Below are positions 12,554 to 25,426 of a stretch of DNA of 64,000 nt, piece after piece. The position numbers and the translations under genes were made by a program. Each line of letters starts with the position of its first letter. Position 1 is the first letter of the stretch. The notes beneath the pieces were generated by a model. It made no database searches and had not been told where the DNA came from. It saw only the letters and a list, made by a program, of their open reading frames with translations. Source of the stretch: Octopus sinensis (Eukaryota); assembly GCF_006345805.1 (NCBI RefSeq), contig NC_043016.1, positions 29,326,001-29,390,000 on the forward strand, written 5' to 3'.

Positions 12554-13369
12554 CATACATACATACATACATACATACATACATACATCATACATACATA
12601 CATACATACATACATACATGGTGGCTGCAATAGCATGGTGGAGTAGACGTGGTTATTAATATTTATTAGAATATAGCTGCTTTTATTTCATATGTGAACC
12701 CAGGGTAACTCCATAAACCGGCGTTCACCAGGAAAAAATTTATATATTTATATACATACACACATATATGGAGTGGATATAGAAAGTGAAAGCACGTTGC
12801 CCAGTGGCGCTTGTGGGTGTGTGTGTGTATGTGTGTCAGTGTGATGCATGTTTGTGTGCGTGTGTGTATGCATATATGCATGTATGTGCATATGTTTGTA
12901 TATATGTATTCTGCATGTTCATGTGTCTGTGTGTGTGTTTGTATGCGGGTGTGTGTATATAGTCATATGTTTCAGTCTTCATTTGCGTATGTATGTGTGT
13001 ATGTGTGCTTGTTCATATTATCTATCTGTATGTCTATCTGGTTACATTCATACCCATCTACCTACATACATATGCATAAACACACACACACACACACATA
13101 TATATATATGTATACATACACACACACACCCGCTCACACACACACATACAAACATCTACATAAAAACCCACTAACTATTCTACCTGTGTATATATATAAA
13201 CTGTGGGTATAAGAGTATGACTAACTACTATGTATATTTTCTATTTAGTACAGGGGATGTTTCATTTATGAGGAGGTACTCCTGTATTTGTCTGAATGTT
13301 GGGTCCTTCGGATGCTTGGATAAAATGCAGATGTCAAGTTGATCCAGGTTGCCTCCATGTTAGTACAGT

Positions 13370-13526
13370 TACATCGACCCCAGTGGTTCACTGGTACGTA
13401 ATTTATCAACCCCCCACCCCACCCCAAAAAAGGATGAAAGGTAAAGTTGACCTCAACAGAATTTGAACTCAGAATGTGAAGACAGACAAAATGCAGCTAA
13501 TCATTTTGCCCAGCATGCTAACCACC

Positions 13527-13576
<50 letters not shown>

Positions 13577-14122
13577 CCTCTGTATTAAAGGCATAAGACC
13601 AGAAATTTGGAGTAATGCGTAACTGGTATTTAATTTATCAACCCCAAAAGGATGAAAGGCAAAGTCGACCTAGGCAGAATTTGAACTCAGAACGTAACAG
13701 CAGAAGAAATACCTATTTCTTTACTACCCACAATGGGCTAAACATAGAGAGGACAAACAAGGACAGACAAACGGATTAAGTCAATTACATCGACCCCCAG
13801 TGCGTAACTGGTACTCATTTAATCGACCCCGAAAGGATGAAAGGCAAAGTTGATCTCGGCGGAATTTGAACTCACAACGTAACGGCAGAAGAAATACCTA
13901 TTTCTTTACTACCCACAAGGGGCTAAACGCAGAGAGGACAAACAAGGACAGACAAACGGATTAAGTCAATTACATCGACCCCAGGGCGTAACTGGTACTC
14001 ATTTAATCGATCCCGAAAGGATGAAAGGCAAAGTCGACCTAGGCGGAATTTGAACTCAGAACATAGTGGCAGATGAAATACCGCTAAGTATTTCGCCTGG
14101 CTTACTAACGTTTCTGCCAGTA
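13370..14122 (-). mobile_element. SINE-B cluster including a concatemer of ~183-bp body units
   Basis: One head at ~14120. The tail AAAGAAATAGGTATTTC is fused twice (~13710, ~13893) to the internal TCTGCYGTTACGTT segment. An older (TTA)n-tailed copy lies at 13370-13530. Confidence 0.85.
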
Positions 14123-14344
14123 CCTTGTCAGTACTTCTGCAACTGTCATTTATATTTTCTCTCTCACCTTTTCCCCACCCACTGAGTCACCCTCTCTTTT
14201 TACTTTCATCTATCTTCTTTCCATTTCCCTTCTTGTCACTGCCCTTCACCCCACTGCCCACTATCTTCTTGCCTTCATTCTTCCAAATTCTCATATACTT
14301 TTTCTTCCTTTCCATACAGCTCCTCATCCTCTCTAATACAACTT

Positions 14345-15320
14345 CACACTTTCCTCCTCTTCTTCTTCCTCCTCTCCCTCCTCCTCTTCTTCCTCCTCTC
14401 CCTCCTCTTCTTCTTCCTCCTCTCCCTCTCTTCTTCTTCTCCTCTCCCTCCTCTTCTCTTCCTCCTCTCCCCCTCTTCTTCTTCCTCCTCTCCTCCTCCT
14501 CCTCTTCTCCTCCTCCTCTCCTCCTCTTCTTCCTCCTCTCCTCCTCTTCTGCCTCCTCCTCTCCCTCCTCTTCCTCTTCTTCTTCTTCCTCCTCTCCCTC
14601 CTCTTCTTCTTCCTCCTCTTCTTCTCCCTCCTCTCCCTCCTCTTCTTCTTCCTCCTCTTCTTCTTCCTCCTCTTCCTCTTCTTCTTCCTCTTCTTCTTCC
14701 TCTTCTTCTTCCTCTTCTTCTCTTCCTCTTCTCTTCCTCTTCTTCTTCTTCCTCCTCTTCTTCTTCCTCCTCTTCCTCTTCTTCTTCCTCTTCTTCTTCC
14801 TCTTCTTCTTCTTCCTCTTCTTCTTCCTCCTCTTCTTCTTCTTCTTCCTCTTTTCCTCTTCTTCTTCCTTTCTTCTTCCTCTTCTTCTTCCTCTTCTTCT
14901 TCCTCTTCTTCTTCCTCTTCTTCTTCCTCTTCTTCTTCCTCTTCTTCTTCCTCTTCTTCTTCTTCCTCTTCTTCTTCCTCTTCTTCTTCCTCTTCTTCTT
15001 CCTCTTCTTCTTCCTCTTCTTCTTCCTCTTCTTCTTCCTCTTCTTCTTCTTCCTCCTCTCCCTCCTCTTCTTCTTCCTCCTCTCCCTCCTCTTCTTCTTC
15101 CTCCTCTCCTTCCTCTTCTTCTTCCTCTTCTTCTTCTTCCTCCTCTCCCTCCTCTTCTTCTTCCTCTTCTTCTTCTTCCTCTTCTTCTTCTTCCTCTTCT
15201 TCTTCTTCTTCCTCTTCTTCTTCTTCCTCCTCTTCTTCATCTTCTTCTTCTTCTTCTTCTTCTTCCTCCTCCTCCTCTTCTTCCTCCTCCTCCTCCTCTT
15301 CTTCCTCCTCCTCCTCAACA
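14345..15320. repeat. ~1 kb homopyrimidine (CTT/CCT)n tract
   Basis: Almost exclusively C/T on the plus strand; a further tract lies at 15545-15720. Confidence 0.97.
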
Positions 15321-15641
15321 CACCCAGATAATTTATAATTTTTATTTGTTAATCATTTTCTTCTTTTTTGCTTCCTTTTCTCAAAATAAATTCTGAAGAA
15401 AAAACATATCCAATGATTATCTTACTATTGAAATATTTTTGAAATCCTTCCAAATTCCTAGACTGCTTTCTTCATAGGTAGCTGCTGCTGTTGCTACTAC
15501 TGCTTCTCCTCGTCCTCCTCCTCATCATCATTGTCATTGTCGTCATCCTTCTTTTTCTCTTCTTCTTCCTCTTCTCCTTCTTCTTCCTCTTCTCCTTCTT
15601 CTTCCTCTTTTCCTTCTTCTTCCTCTTCTTCCTCTTTTCCT

Positions 15642-15680
<39 letters not shown>

Positions 15681-16219
15681 CCCCCTCCTCCTCCTCTCCT
15701 CCTCCTTTTCCACCTCCTCTTCCACTTTATCCACATCATAATTGCCATCAGTATCAGGATTAGCATTACCATGTCACCACTACCACCACCACTATCATTG
15801 TCATCATCATCATCATCATCAATCATCATCATCATCATCATCATCGTCAGTATCATTATAGATATAATGTTGATTGAATTGATCTATAATCTATTACAGG
15901 TATTTTTATAATAATAATAATAATAATAATAATAATCCTTTCTACTAAAGGCACAAGGCCTGAAATTAGGTGGGAGGAGACTAGTCAATTACATTGACCC
16001 CAAAGCTCTACAAATACTTATTTTATCAACTCCAAAAGGATGAAAGGCAAAGTCACCCTCAACGGAATTTGAACTCAGAATGTACAGTGCCCCAGCATGG
16101 CCACAGCTTCTGAGCTGAAGCTAAATAAATAAAAAATAAATAAATAAATAAATAAATAGATGAAATACCACTAAGCATTTTGCTTGACATGGTAACAGTT
16201 CTGCCAGTTTACCACCTTC

Positions 16220-16267
<48 letters not shown>

Positions 16268-16284
16268 CATGATAATTATAAAAT

Positions 16285-16705
16285 AATAGACCAGATATAA
16301 CGATTGTATATAAGGAAAAGCGAAGTTGCTTACTTACTGACCCACCATGCCCGTTTGATTCCAGGAAGGTAAAGAAAGATGAAGAAGAAAAAAATACAAT
16401 TCATTAAAGTTTGAAATAAGAAGAATTTGGTACACGCGAACAGTAAAGGTTGGGCCTATAATAACTGATGCGTTGGGAACAGTAAGCCAAAATATATAGA
16501 CAAATGGCTGAAGGAAATTGAAATAGAGTGCCCTGTAGAGTACCTATAGAAAGTCTGTCTCTTAGGGACAGCAAGGATTATCAGGAAGGTTCTAAGCACT
16601 TGAAAGATTGCTGAAAACTTGTGGATGCCTAAGGTTACAGGAATAACCCGTTACCCTCCTAATTTCTACCAAGAATAAAACCGAACTTGAGCCAAACCAA
16701 AATAA
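16285..16705 (+). pseudogene. 3' fragment (RLE domain plus 3' UTR) of an R4/Dong-type LINE
   Basis: RPDITIVYKEKRSCLLTDPPCPFDSR (PD..D-type endonuclease motif), then ..LLGTARIIRKVLS*, flanked on both sides by (AAT)n. Confidence 0.75.
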
Positions 16706-16751
16706 TAATGATAATAATAATTAATAACAATAATAATAATAATAATAATAT

Positions 16752-19690
16752 TACCTTATCTCAGTTTATGAGAAATAGGAGTTTCCGAAGAAACTCTTGT
16801 TGTAACAGTGAAAATAAAGCTGGACCTTTAAGGGAAGGTCTCTTACTCAGCAGTGGTTCAGTAAAGATACTGACTGACCACAGCTGTTATCCTAATACAG
16901 CATCAGCAGGTAATAGAGCAAGGAGGAGGAAGTGGACCAGCAAAGAAAGCAGAGTTGTGATGCAGTGCTACTTAGAAAGTGAACCTAAAAGAAGGGGCTA
17001 TAGAAAACGGATGTTAACACTTTGGGTTGAGAGAGGTATCTTTAAAGTGACTGAGCAGAGATTAGTTGATCAAGCTAATGCTATTAGGAGAAGAAAATGG
17101 ATGACAGAATTGGAGATGGAAGAGATCACAGGAGAACTGGAAAAGAAAGACCAGGCAGTGGGAAAGAGATACAGCTCAAACCAAAGAACCTAAAGGAAAA
17201 AATAATGATAGTGCTACCAATAAGGAAGGGACAACTGGCACCAATGACTTAGTGATTTAAGTAAGGAAGATCAGAATATTTTAGATAAGTTGTAGGAAGT
17301 AATGAGTAAAGAAGTAAGAAAAGATTGCCAGCATGAAAAGGCACCAACAGAAAGAAGCTGCTAGAAATGACAAGGAAAGTAGATTCTGTTATCAGTGGAA
17401 TAGATTCTAAAAATATAGAAGACACTAACTTATTGATTTATGCAGGAGGGACAGTAGTCACCAGAAGATTAGATATCTCACAGGTAAAGATTAAAAAAGA
17501 GTAAATGTGGAAAAGGAGACTACAAAATAGCGTGAAGATTTTAAGATAAGATCTGAATAGAATAGAAGCCTGGAAACTCAATAAGTTAGGAAGCACAAGG
17601 TGCAAATCTTCGCTTGAGAAAGGATACTTAGTCAAAGAGAAAGGATTTGGGACAGTAATAGAAGAGTTGAAGCAGCTTATCATAGCAGTAGCAAGCAAGC
17701 TCTCCAGATATAAGAAAAGAATAGATCAGTACCAACAGAATAGATTATTTGAGACAGACCAGAGGAGATTTTGTAACCAAATAAATAGTGGAGAATGAAG
17801 TACTGAAGATGAGAAATCTAATGTAGAAGATACTAGAAAGTTCTGGAGTAATATTTGGGATAAGCCAGTCAATCATAATGGAGATACAGTTGAAGAAAGT
17901 GTGGTAAGAAGCAGCCAGATCCAAGACTAACTAGTGCATTAATGAGTAAAGTGTTAGGAAAAATGCTGAATTGGAAGGGCCCAGGACCAGATTTAGTTCA
18001 AGGGTAGTGGCTAAAGAAATTTAGTAGTTTACATGGGAGGCTGAGGAAACAACTTAAGGGTTGCCTTAATGGTGGAATAATACCAAACTGGATGACTAGA
18101 GGTAGGACAGTGTTCATTAAGAAAGATAAGAGCAAGGGTAATACAACTAGCAACTATAGACCAATCACTTGCTTACATCAGTGTGGAAGCTGTTAACAGG
18201 AATGCTTTCAGAAAGCTTTTACGAGCACCTTGACAACCAGAATTTACTGCCAAAAGAACAGAAAGGTTGCAGGAAGAAGGCTAGAGGAATGCATGATCTA
18301 TTATATATAAACGAAGTAGATCTAAATAAAGCAAAAGCTAGAAAGAAAAATCTAACAATAGCATGGATAGATTATAAGAACAGCCTATGACATGATCCCA
18401 CGCTCATGGATAAGTGAATATTTGAGAATGTTCAGTATAGCAGACAACATAAGAGAATTAATTAGCTTTAGCATGAAGAAATGGAAAGTAGATCTCAACT
18501 CAGGTGACACACTCTTAGGGAAAGCTAATATCAAAAGAGGAATTTTCCAAGTTGGCTCATTGTCCCCTTTGATAGTTGTCTTACATTTGATCCCTCTCAG
18601 TTTAGTACTAAAGAAGGCAAAAGCAAGGTATCAGTTCAGAAATAGTAAAGGAAAAATAACCATTGCTCTACATGTATAATCTGAAGTTTTTTAGTGAGAA
18701 TGGAAAAGAGATAGATTCTTTAATACAGTCTGTAAGACTCTTCAGCAAAGTTATAAGCACAGTGTTTGACATAGATAAGTGTGCTATATTAGTCATGAGA
18801 AGGGGACAGGTAGTCAACAGCGAAGGCATCCAATTACCAGATGGTCAGACATTAAAATCACTGAAAGAAGGAGAGAGTTATAAGTATTTAGGAGTAGTAG
18901 AATCTGACAGGATACTAACTATAGAAATGAAACTGAAGAAAATTGAGAAGGAGTACATCAGAAGGGTAAGGAAACTAATGAAGTCAAAGCTAAATGGTTT
19001 GAATCTAATGAAGGCTGTAAATACTTGGGTGGTATCATTACTTAGATACTCAGCAGCTTTTGTAAAATGGACAAAAACTAAATTAGCAAATCTAGACAGA
19101 AGAACAAGGAAGGAATTCAATATGAATTGAAGACTCCACCCAAGATCAGGATTAGCAAGATTGTATTTACCTATAAAGTGGAATTAGCTAGAGTAGATAC
19201 AGACTCCTATGAAAGTAATAGGGAAGAACGTTTGTTAAAAGCTGCTAGAGTTACAGCAAGACATAGGGAAACCAAAAACCCAAACAAAGTTAAAAACCAG
19301 TAAAAAGAACAGAAATTATCTAACTGGCAGGAGAAAGTAGATTCCCAAGATAGTTGCAGCAAATGGTAGTAGTGAGATATGGTTATGTTTGCAGAAAGGA
19401 AAGCTGAAAAGGGAGACAGAAAGTTTGCTTGTAGCACATGATCAAGCATTAAGGATTAATTGGATAAAAGCCAAGATAGAAAAAAATCAAGTAGATTTCC
19501 AATGTAGATTATGCAAATCAAAAGAGGAAAGTGTTACTCATATAGTAAGTGAATGTAGCATGCTGGCACAGAAAGAATACAAGAAAAGACATGACAACCT
19601 AGGGAGAGTAATCCAGTGGGAGTTATGTGGAAAGCTAGGATTTGAATATACAGATAAATAGTATGAACATGAACCTAGTAAAGTACTAGA
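16752..19690 (+). pseudogene. Near full-length, disrupted R4/Dong-type non-LTR retrotransposon (N-terminal domain, RT, CCHC)
   Basis: N-terminal KWTSKESRVVMQCYLESEPKRRGYRKRM; RT motifs NYRPITCL, EQKGCRK, AWIDYK, GIFQVGSLSPL, LYMYNLK, DKCA; CRLCKSKEESVTHIVSEC..KKRHDNLG. Many stops and frameshifts; ends at a SINE-A insertion. Confidence 0.88.
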
Positions 19691-19845
19691 AAGGCTTCTT
19701 CAGTTTCCATCTACCAAATCTACACCCGAGGTTTTGATGAACCCAGGGCTATAGTACAAGACACTTGCCCAAGGTATCACGTAGCAGGATTGAACCAAAA
19801 AGCATGTGGTTAGAAAGCAAACTTCTTACAACATAGCCATGCTAG
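19691..19845 (-). mobile_element. SINE-A 5' half
   Basis: Reverse complement of the SINE-A head/body, directly following the R4 relic. Confidence 0.75.
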
Positions 19846-19890
19846 AATATTAGTACAAATTGCCACAGACATACAAACTATTACATATCT

Positions 19891-20290
19891 GGCGCAGGAG
19901 TGGTAATTAGCTTGCTTACAAACCACATAGTTCTGGGTTCAGTCCCACTGTGTGACACCTTGGGCAAGTGTCTTCGTCTATAGCCTCAGGCTGACCAAAG
20001 CCTTATGAGTGGATTTGGTAGACAGTAACTGAAAGAAGCCCGTCGTACATATGTATATGTATATATATAAGTGTGTGTGTTTGTGTGTCTGTGTTTGTCC
20101 CCCCAACATCGCTTGACAACCGATGCTGGTGTGTTTATGTTCCTGTAACGTAGTGGTTCAGCAAAAGAGACTGATAGAATAAGTACTAGGCTTACAAAGA
20201 ATAAGTCCTGGGGTTGATTTGCTCGACTGAAGGCGGTGTTCCAGCATGGCCACCGTCACATGACTGAAAGAAGTAAAAGAATAAAAGAGT
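19891..20290 (+). mobile_element. SINE-A, full-length
   Basis: GGCGCAGGAGTGG head through to the AAAAGAGT tail. Confidence 0.9.
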
Positions 20291-20559
20291 ATCAACAAAC
20301 CACAGGACATCAGATTGTCATTTGTCCACTGCAACCCAAGAGGTCCTCATGGAAGATTCTAGTTTCTCCAGCAATGAACAATACAAGGAGAAAGAAGAAA
20401 CTTAGAATTGGCTTGCTTGTGTAAGTGCAGTCAATCAAATACTCTGCATACCAAATACCAATAAATTTCAGGAATCATGAACAGAGAATGTGCACTGTTT
20501 TAGGGCTTCTTCTCGGCAGCTTTACATTGCACTTTCGCTCTTTCACTAATGTTATGCAA

Positions 20560-20872
20560 TGCCCCTCCTACTGGATTGACTGACTAATATTCCATTTTAA
20601 GTCCATTCTGGTATCATCACCACTGAGTCATGCAGGTCTTACTTGGCATATAGGCAAACATGTACCAGCATCACACCCACACAACACCTTGCCAGTCTGG
20701 TTTCATCATCCTTTTCCAGCTATATCCAATTGCTGGTTCTCTCGACTTGCTGAGATTTCTTTCAGGATGGCTTTTGCTTGACAATGATTGGCCTCAATTA
20801 ACAGCAGTTACCATCAGTCTGGATCCAATAAACCTCTGTGTCCAACTTCTACTAGAAAGAGGGAAACCCTGA
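20560..20872 (-). pseudogene. Possible C-terminal relic of an RLE-type (HERO/NeSL-like) retrotransposon
   Basis: Minus-strand translation LVEVGHRG...ILKEISASRE resembles the EVG.RG...KEIS..AE end of RLE elements. Very degenerate. Confidence 0.3.
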
Positions 20873-20947
20873 TTATATTTAAATAGCTGCTCTTTTCTCT
20901 TTTTTTTTTAAACTGTCTTGTTTCAAATTATTTTATTCTTTTTCACA

Positions 20948-21130
20948 TTTCAGTCATTTGACTGCAGCCTTAAAGGGTTTTAGTTGAAGAAATCGACCCC
21001 AGGACTTTGTTTTTTTTGTAAGCCTAGTACTTATTCTATCAGTCTCTTTTGCTGGACCACTAAGTTACAGGGACGTAAACATACCAGCATCAGTTGTCAA
21101 GCGATGTTGGGAGGACAAACACAAACATAT

Positions 21131-21179
<49 letters not shown>

Positions 21180-21345
21180 TGCGACAGGTTTCTCTCAGTT
21201 TCCACCTACAAAATCCACTCACAAGGCTTTGGTCAGCCCAAGGCTATAGTAAAGGACACTTGCCCAAGATGCCATGCAGTGGGATTGAACCCGGAACCAT
21301 GTAGTTTATAAGCAAGCTACTTACCACACAGCTACTCCTATGCCT
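20948..21345 (-). mobile_element. SINE-A, full-length
   Basis: Reverse complement of the SINE-A consensus. Confidence 0.88.
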
Positions 21346-21489
21346 ATACTTACCACACAGCATTGTTAATGAACTTCTAACTTGTTAATGAACTTCTACT
21401 GATAATTAGAATAAACCACTGTAACCCTAATTGGACAATATAATTGATAGTAAAAGTGACTTCCTTTCTGTATGCTATCAAAATGGCTG

Positions 21490-22040
21490 TTTGGTAATAA
21501 GCTTGCACTTGGTTCCAGGTTCAGTCCCACTGCATGGCACCTTAGACAAGTATCTTCTACTATAGCCTCAGGCTGACCAAAGCCTTGTGAATGGATTAGG
21601 TAGATAGAAACTGAAAGATGCCCATTACATGTGTGTGTGTGTACGTGTGTGTGTGTGCGGGTGTGTGTGTGCATGTGCGTGTGTGTGTGCCTGTGTTTGT
21701 GTGTGTGTGTGTGTCTGTGTTTGTGTGTGTGTGTGTCTATGTGTTTGTGTCTGTGTGTGCATGCACATGTGTGTAATATGTGTGTGTGCCTGTGTGTCTG
21801 TTTATGTGTCTGTGTATGCATTTGACTCCCCCACTACCACCTGACAACAGGTATTGGTGTGTTCACATTGCTGTAACTTAGTGGTTTGGCAGAAGTGACC
21901 AATAGAATAAGTACTAGGCTTTACAAAAAAAAAAAATAATAAATACCAGGTGTGGGGGTCAATAAGTTCGACTAAAATACTTCAGGGCAGTGCTCAAACA
22001 TGGCCACAGTCAAATGACTGAAATAAGTAGAAGAGAAAAA
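21490..22040 (+). mobile_element. SINE-A with expanded internal (TG)n
   Basis: Head fragment, ~190-bp TG tract, diverged 3' body. Confidence 0.75.
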
Positions 22041-22795
22041 GATAAAAGATAAAAGATAGTGGCCTACCTGCTACTATCTGGCTATAATTACACCATGCAG
22101 CCATGCTTGACATTCAAACTCATAACACACCTGGCTCTGCTAAACCAGTTACCTCATATGTCAGTCAGTACATAGCATGTCAGTAACTGTCATCACTGAA
22201 TTGTCAAATTATACAGATTCTTAACTACCTAACACTAATATACAGCCTACTCTGCCATTTGGAGCATATAAGGAATGAACAGCCATCAATGCTTAGCCCA
22301 AAATATTCACTACACTTGAAGTGACCAATGACAGTCTAGATATTATCACTTGAGAAGTCATTCTAAATAATTCCATTTAAGTTCTCTTTATCTTGAATCT
22401 GTATACCTGAGGATGTGTGTGTGTGTGTGTGTGTGAGTCTGTGCATGTGTGTGTGTGTGTGTGCATGTGTGCATGTGTGTACTGTTTCTATGAAACTTTA
22501 AGTAATATGGAAATGAATTAACATTTTATCTCCCTCACACACACACACACACACACATACACTTATGTAACAGTCGTGTGATGGTTTCCCTCCAATTGGA
22601 TGCCATTAGTTACCCGGACAAATCATGGATTTTTGCCAAAAGAAGAAATCTATACTTCTTAAGTTCCTCTGTTGGTATTTTGGTCAAACTGAAACCACGA
22701 CATATTGCTGTCTTCATTTCACCTTTGATATTTTACACTTTATTTTAAAGTCTTTCTACATTTATTGCTGTTGCTGCTGCTGCTGCTGTTGTTGT

Positions 22796-22878
<83 letters not shown>

Positions 22879-22884
22879 TTATTA

Positions 22885-23335
22885 AAGCAGTGAGCTGGCA
22901 GAATAAGTTACATAAAATGCTTAATGGCAATTCTTCCAATACCATTACTTGCTAAGTTCAAATTTCACCAAAGTCAACTCTGTCTTTCATCTGTCCAAGG
23001 TCAACTAAATGAATATGGGGGGGGGGGTCAATGTAATTGACTGTCCTCATTTCCTAAAACTGCTGCCCTTGTGCCAAAATTTGAAGCAATCATTATAATA
23101 ATTATTGTTGTTGTTGTTGTTCTGTGGCGAGCTGGCAGAATCATTAGCATGCTGGACAAAATGCTTAGCAGTATTTCACCCACCACTCCATTCTGAGTTC
23201 AAACTTTGCTGGGGTCAACTTTGCTCTTCATCCTTTCAGGGTTGATGAATTAAGTACCAGTGAGACACAAAGGTTGATGCAATTGACTAGTCCCCTCCCC
23301 ACGAATTTCAGGCCTTATGTCTATAGTAGAAATAA
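22885..23335 (+). mobile_element. Two older SINE-B copies in tandem
   Basis: GCAGTGAGCTGGCAGAA and GGCGAGCTGGCAGAA heads, B box GAGTTCAAA, (ATT)n tails. Confidence 0.75.
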
Positions 23336-23365
23336 TTATTATTATCATCATTATTATTATTATTA

Positions 23366-23403
<38 letters not shown>

Positions 23404-23404
23404 T

Positions 23405-23767
23405 ATTACCTCTGCCTCAGTGAAGGCAGAGGTATTGTTTTCAGTTGTGTTTGTTTGTTTGTCTGTGGACAAGATATCTCAAGAATGGATTTCGGATGAA
23501 ACTTTCAAGGATGTTTGGCCTCATGACTGGCACAAACTGATTAGATTTTGGGATCAATCCAGCAACAGACAAGGATTCTGGATTATTTTTCCAGTTTTTA
23601 TTTTACTTAATTTTTAAGAGCGGTTGGGTTCATTTTTAGCATTCTCGTTTATGAGAGCAGTCAAGTTTATTTCAGATATTCTCATTTTAAAAATCATCTC
23701 TGGTTAATCGTTGAGCGGACGTTGGTGTTGCCTTGGCAGAGGTTTGTACTCTCTGAATGCTCTTGTT
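23405..23767 (+). mobile_element. Helentron-associated non-autonomous element (HINE/DINE-1-like)
   Basis: Sub-terminal IR ACCTCTGCC (23408) with partners GGCAGAGGT (23425 and 23735), a (GTTT/GTCT) microsatellite, 3' stem-loop remnant GTACTCTCTGAATGC, and T-rich flanks. Confidence 0.7.
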
Positions 23768-23789
23768 ATTATTATTATTATTAGTTACT

Positions 23790-24423
23790 TTTAATCTGTA
23801 TATTTGTTACAATCACTTGCTGAGGTTCAACGAGTGAAGGATAAAAGATGTTACAGTATGACTTTGGAGTGAGGAAGTGGCAGGGGCAGTAGCAAAATAT
23901 CTTCATGTAATATAATACAGACATTTAAATTGACAAGGTTTTTTCTAAGGATGTTGGCAGTATTTGTCAACACAATGTTTTGGATTTCTCTGAGACATGG
24001 CTCTCCTGGGATGTTATTTAGCTGTTTCTGGCATCCCTTTTTTATCATACCTAGGGCACCTACAATAACAGGAACAATTCTCACTTTAAGATGCCACATT
24101 TTTTGTATTTCAATTTCCAAGTCCTTATATTTACTTAATTTGTCAAATTCCTTTACAGATATATTTGTATCAGTGGGAATACTTACATCTATTAGTCTAC
24201 AAGCATTTTCTTCCCTGTCCTTAATGTCTATGTCTGGTAGGTTACCCTGGATCATTCTGTCAGTGTTGACTGGAAAATCCCAGAGGATAGTGACATTTTT
24301 ACCTTCAATGACTGGCTCAGGATGATGTTCATACCAGTAAGCAAGAGTATCAATTTTGTAGTGTTTGCATATTTTCCAATGTAAATATTGTCCTACCCAA
24401 TTGTGGTGATATTTGCATTCATT
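23790..24423 (-). pseudogene. 5'-truncated R4/Dong-type LINE (RLE domain plus 3' UTR) in (TAA)n
   Basis: Open frame HHNWVGQYLHWKIC..WYEHHPEPVIEGKNVTILWDFPVNTDR..LPDIDIKD..LIDVSIP..KLSKYKDL..IVPVIVGALG; (TAA)n on both sides. Confidence 0.88.
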
Positions 24424-24456
24424 TGATGTCAGCATTATTATTATTATTATTATTAT

Positions 24457-24510
<54 letters not shown>

Positions 24511-24647
24511 CAGCAGCAGCAGCAGCAGCAGCAGCGTCATCATCATCATCATCATCATCATCATTATTATTGGTGTTCCATTTTTCCATGCTAACAAGGG
24601 TTTGACAAATACATTTTATTGAGGCATTATTTTACAGGCAGATAAGA

Positions 24648-24860
24648 CGGTGAGCTGGCCAAAGCATTAGCATGCTGGGCAAAATGCTTAGCAGCATTTC
24701 ATTCATCCTTATATTCCTAGTTTAAATTCCACCGAGGTCAACTTGAGTTTTCATCCTTTTGGAGCCAATAAAGTAAGTACCAGTTACACACTGGAGTTAA
24801 TGCAATTGATTGCTCCCCTCCCCCATAATTTCGGGCCTTGTGCCTATAATAGAAAGTATT
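24648..24860 (+). mobile_element. Older SINE-B copy
   Basis: GACGGTGAGCTGG head and ..TGTGCCTATAATAGAAAGTATTATT tail. Confidence 0.75.
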
Positions 24861-24904
24861 ATTTTACTGCCAGATGCTGATAACCCTTATCTATTTTTCA
24901 AGTA

Positions 24905-25426
24905 CCATAAATCTTCAAGTTTAGTCTTCCCTTGAGTATAATATGCAGGGGATTTTTAGGGAGCTGTACCTCTGAAAAACCTAAACCTTGTGTATAATAC
25001 ACACTCCTTCTCTAACTTGACTTGTGCATAATTAAGCCAGCAGCACCTAGTCGAACAAACACTTCCATGCATGCGTAATACAATAATGGTGATGTTCTTA
25101 ACTGTTATATGGGAATGTAAATATGTTTGCAAATTGTTTTTGTTACATGTTATTCTGTGTTCTGTATAATTTTATTTTAATAAATGTTGCTTACTGCAAG
25201 TTATGGATGATTCTTTTATGACTTCATTGCTTTCAGGCTTAGCTTAAAGTATTTTCATGCCCGACATCAGAAAATGCATCTGAATAAACACTACCGGACA
25301 GCGAATAGAGACTCGGACATTGCTTAAAAAATATTTTTCATTTTTAACCTTGTATATAGTACGCACTAGGGATTTTGACCTTTAAATTTTGGGGGGAAAA
25401 TGCGGGTTATACTCGAGGATTTACGG
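24905..25426. mobile_element. Tc1/pogo-type MITE with TA TSD
   Basis: Left TA|CCATAAATCTTCAAGTTTAG (CpG-decayed) versus right TATACTCGAGGATTTACGG|TA. Confidence 0.55.

Noticed and set aside
14125-15396. 423-aa and 325-aa ORFs (poly L/P/S/F; poly K/R/E)
   Set aside because: Translations of a CTT/CCT microsatellite.
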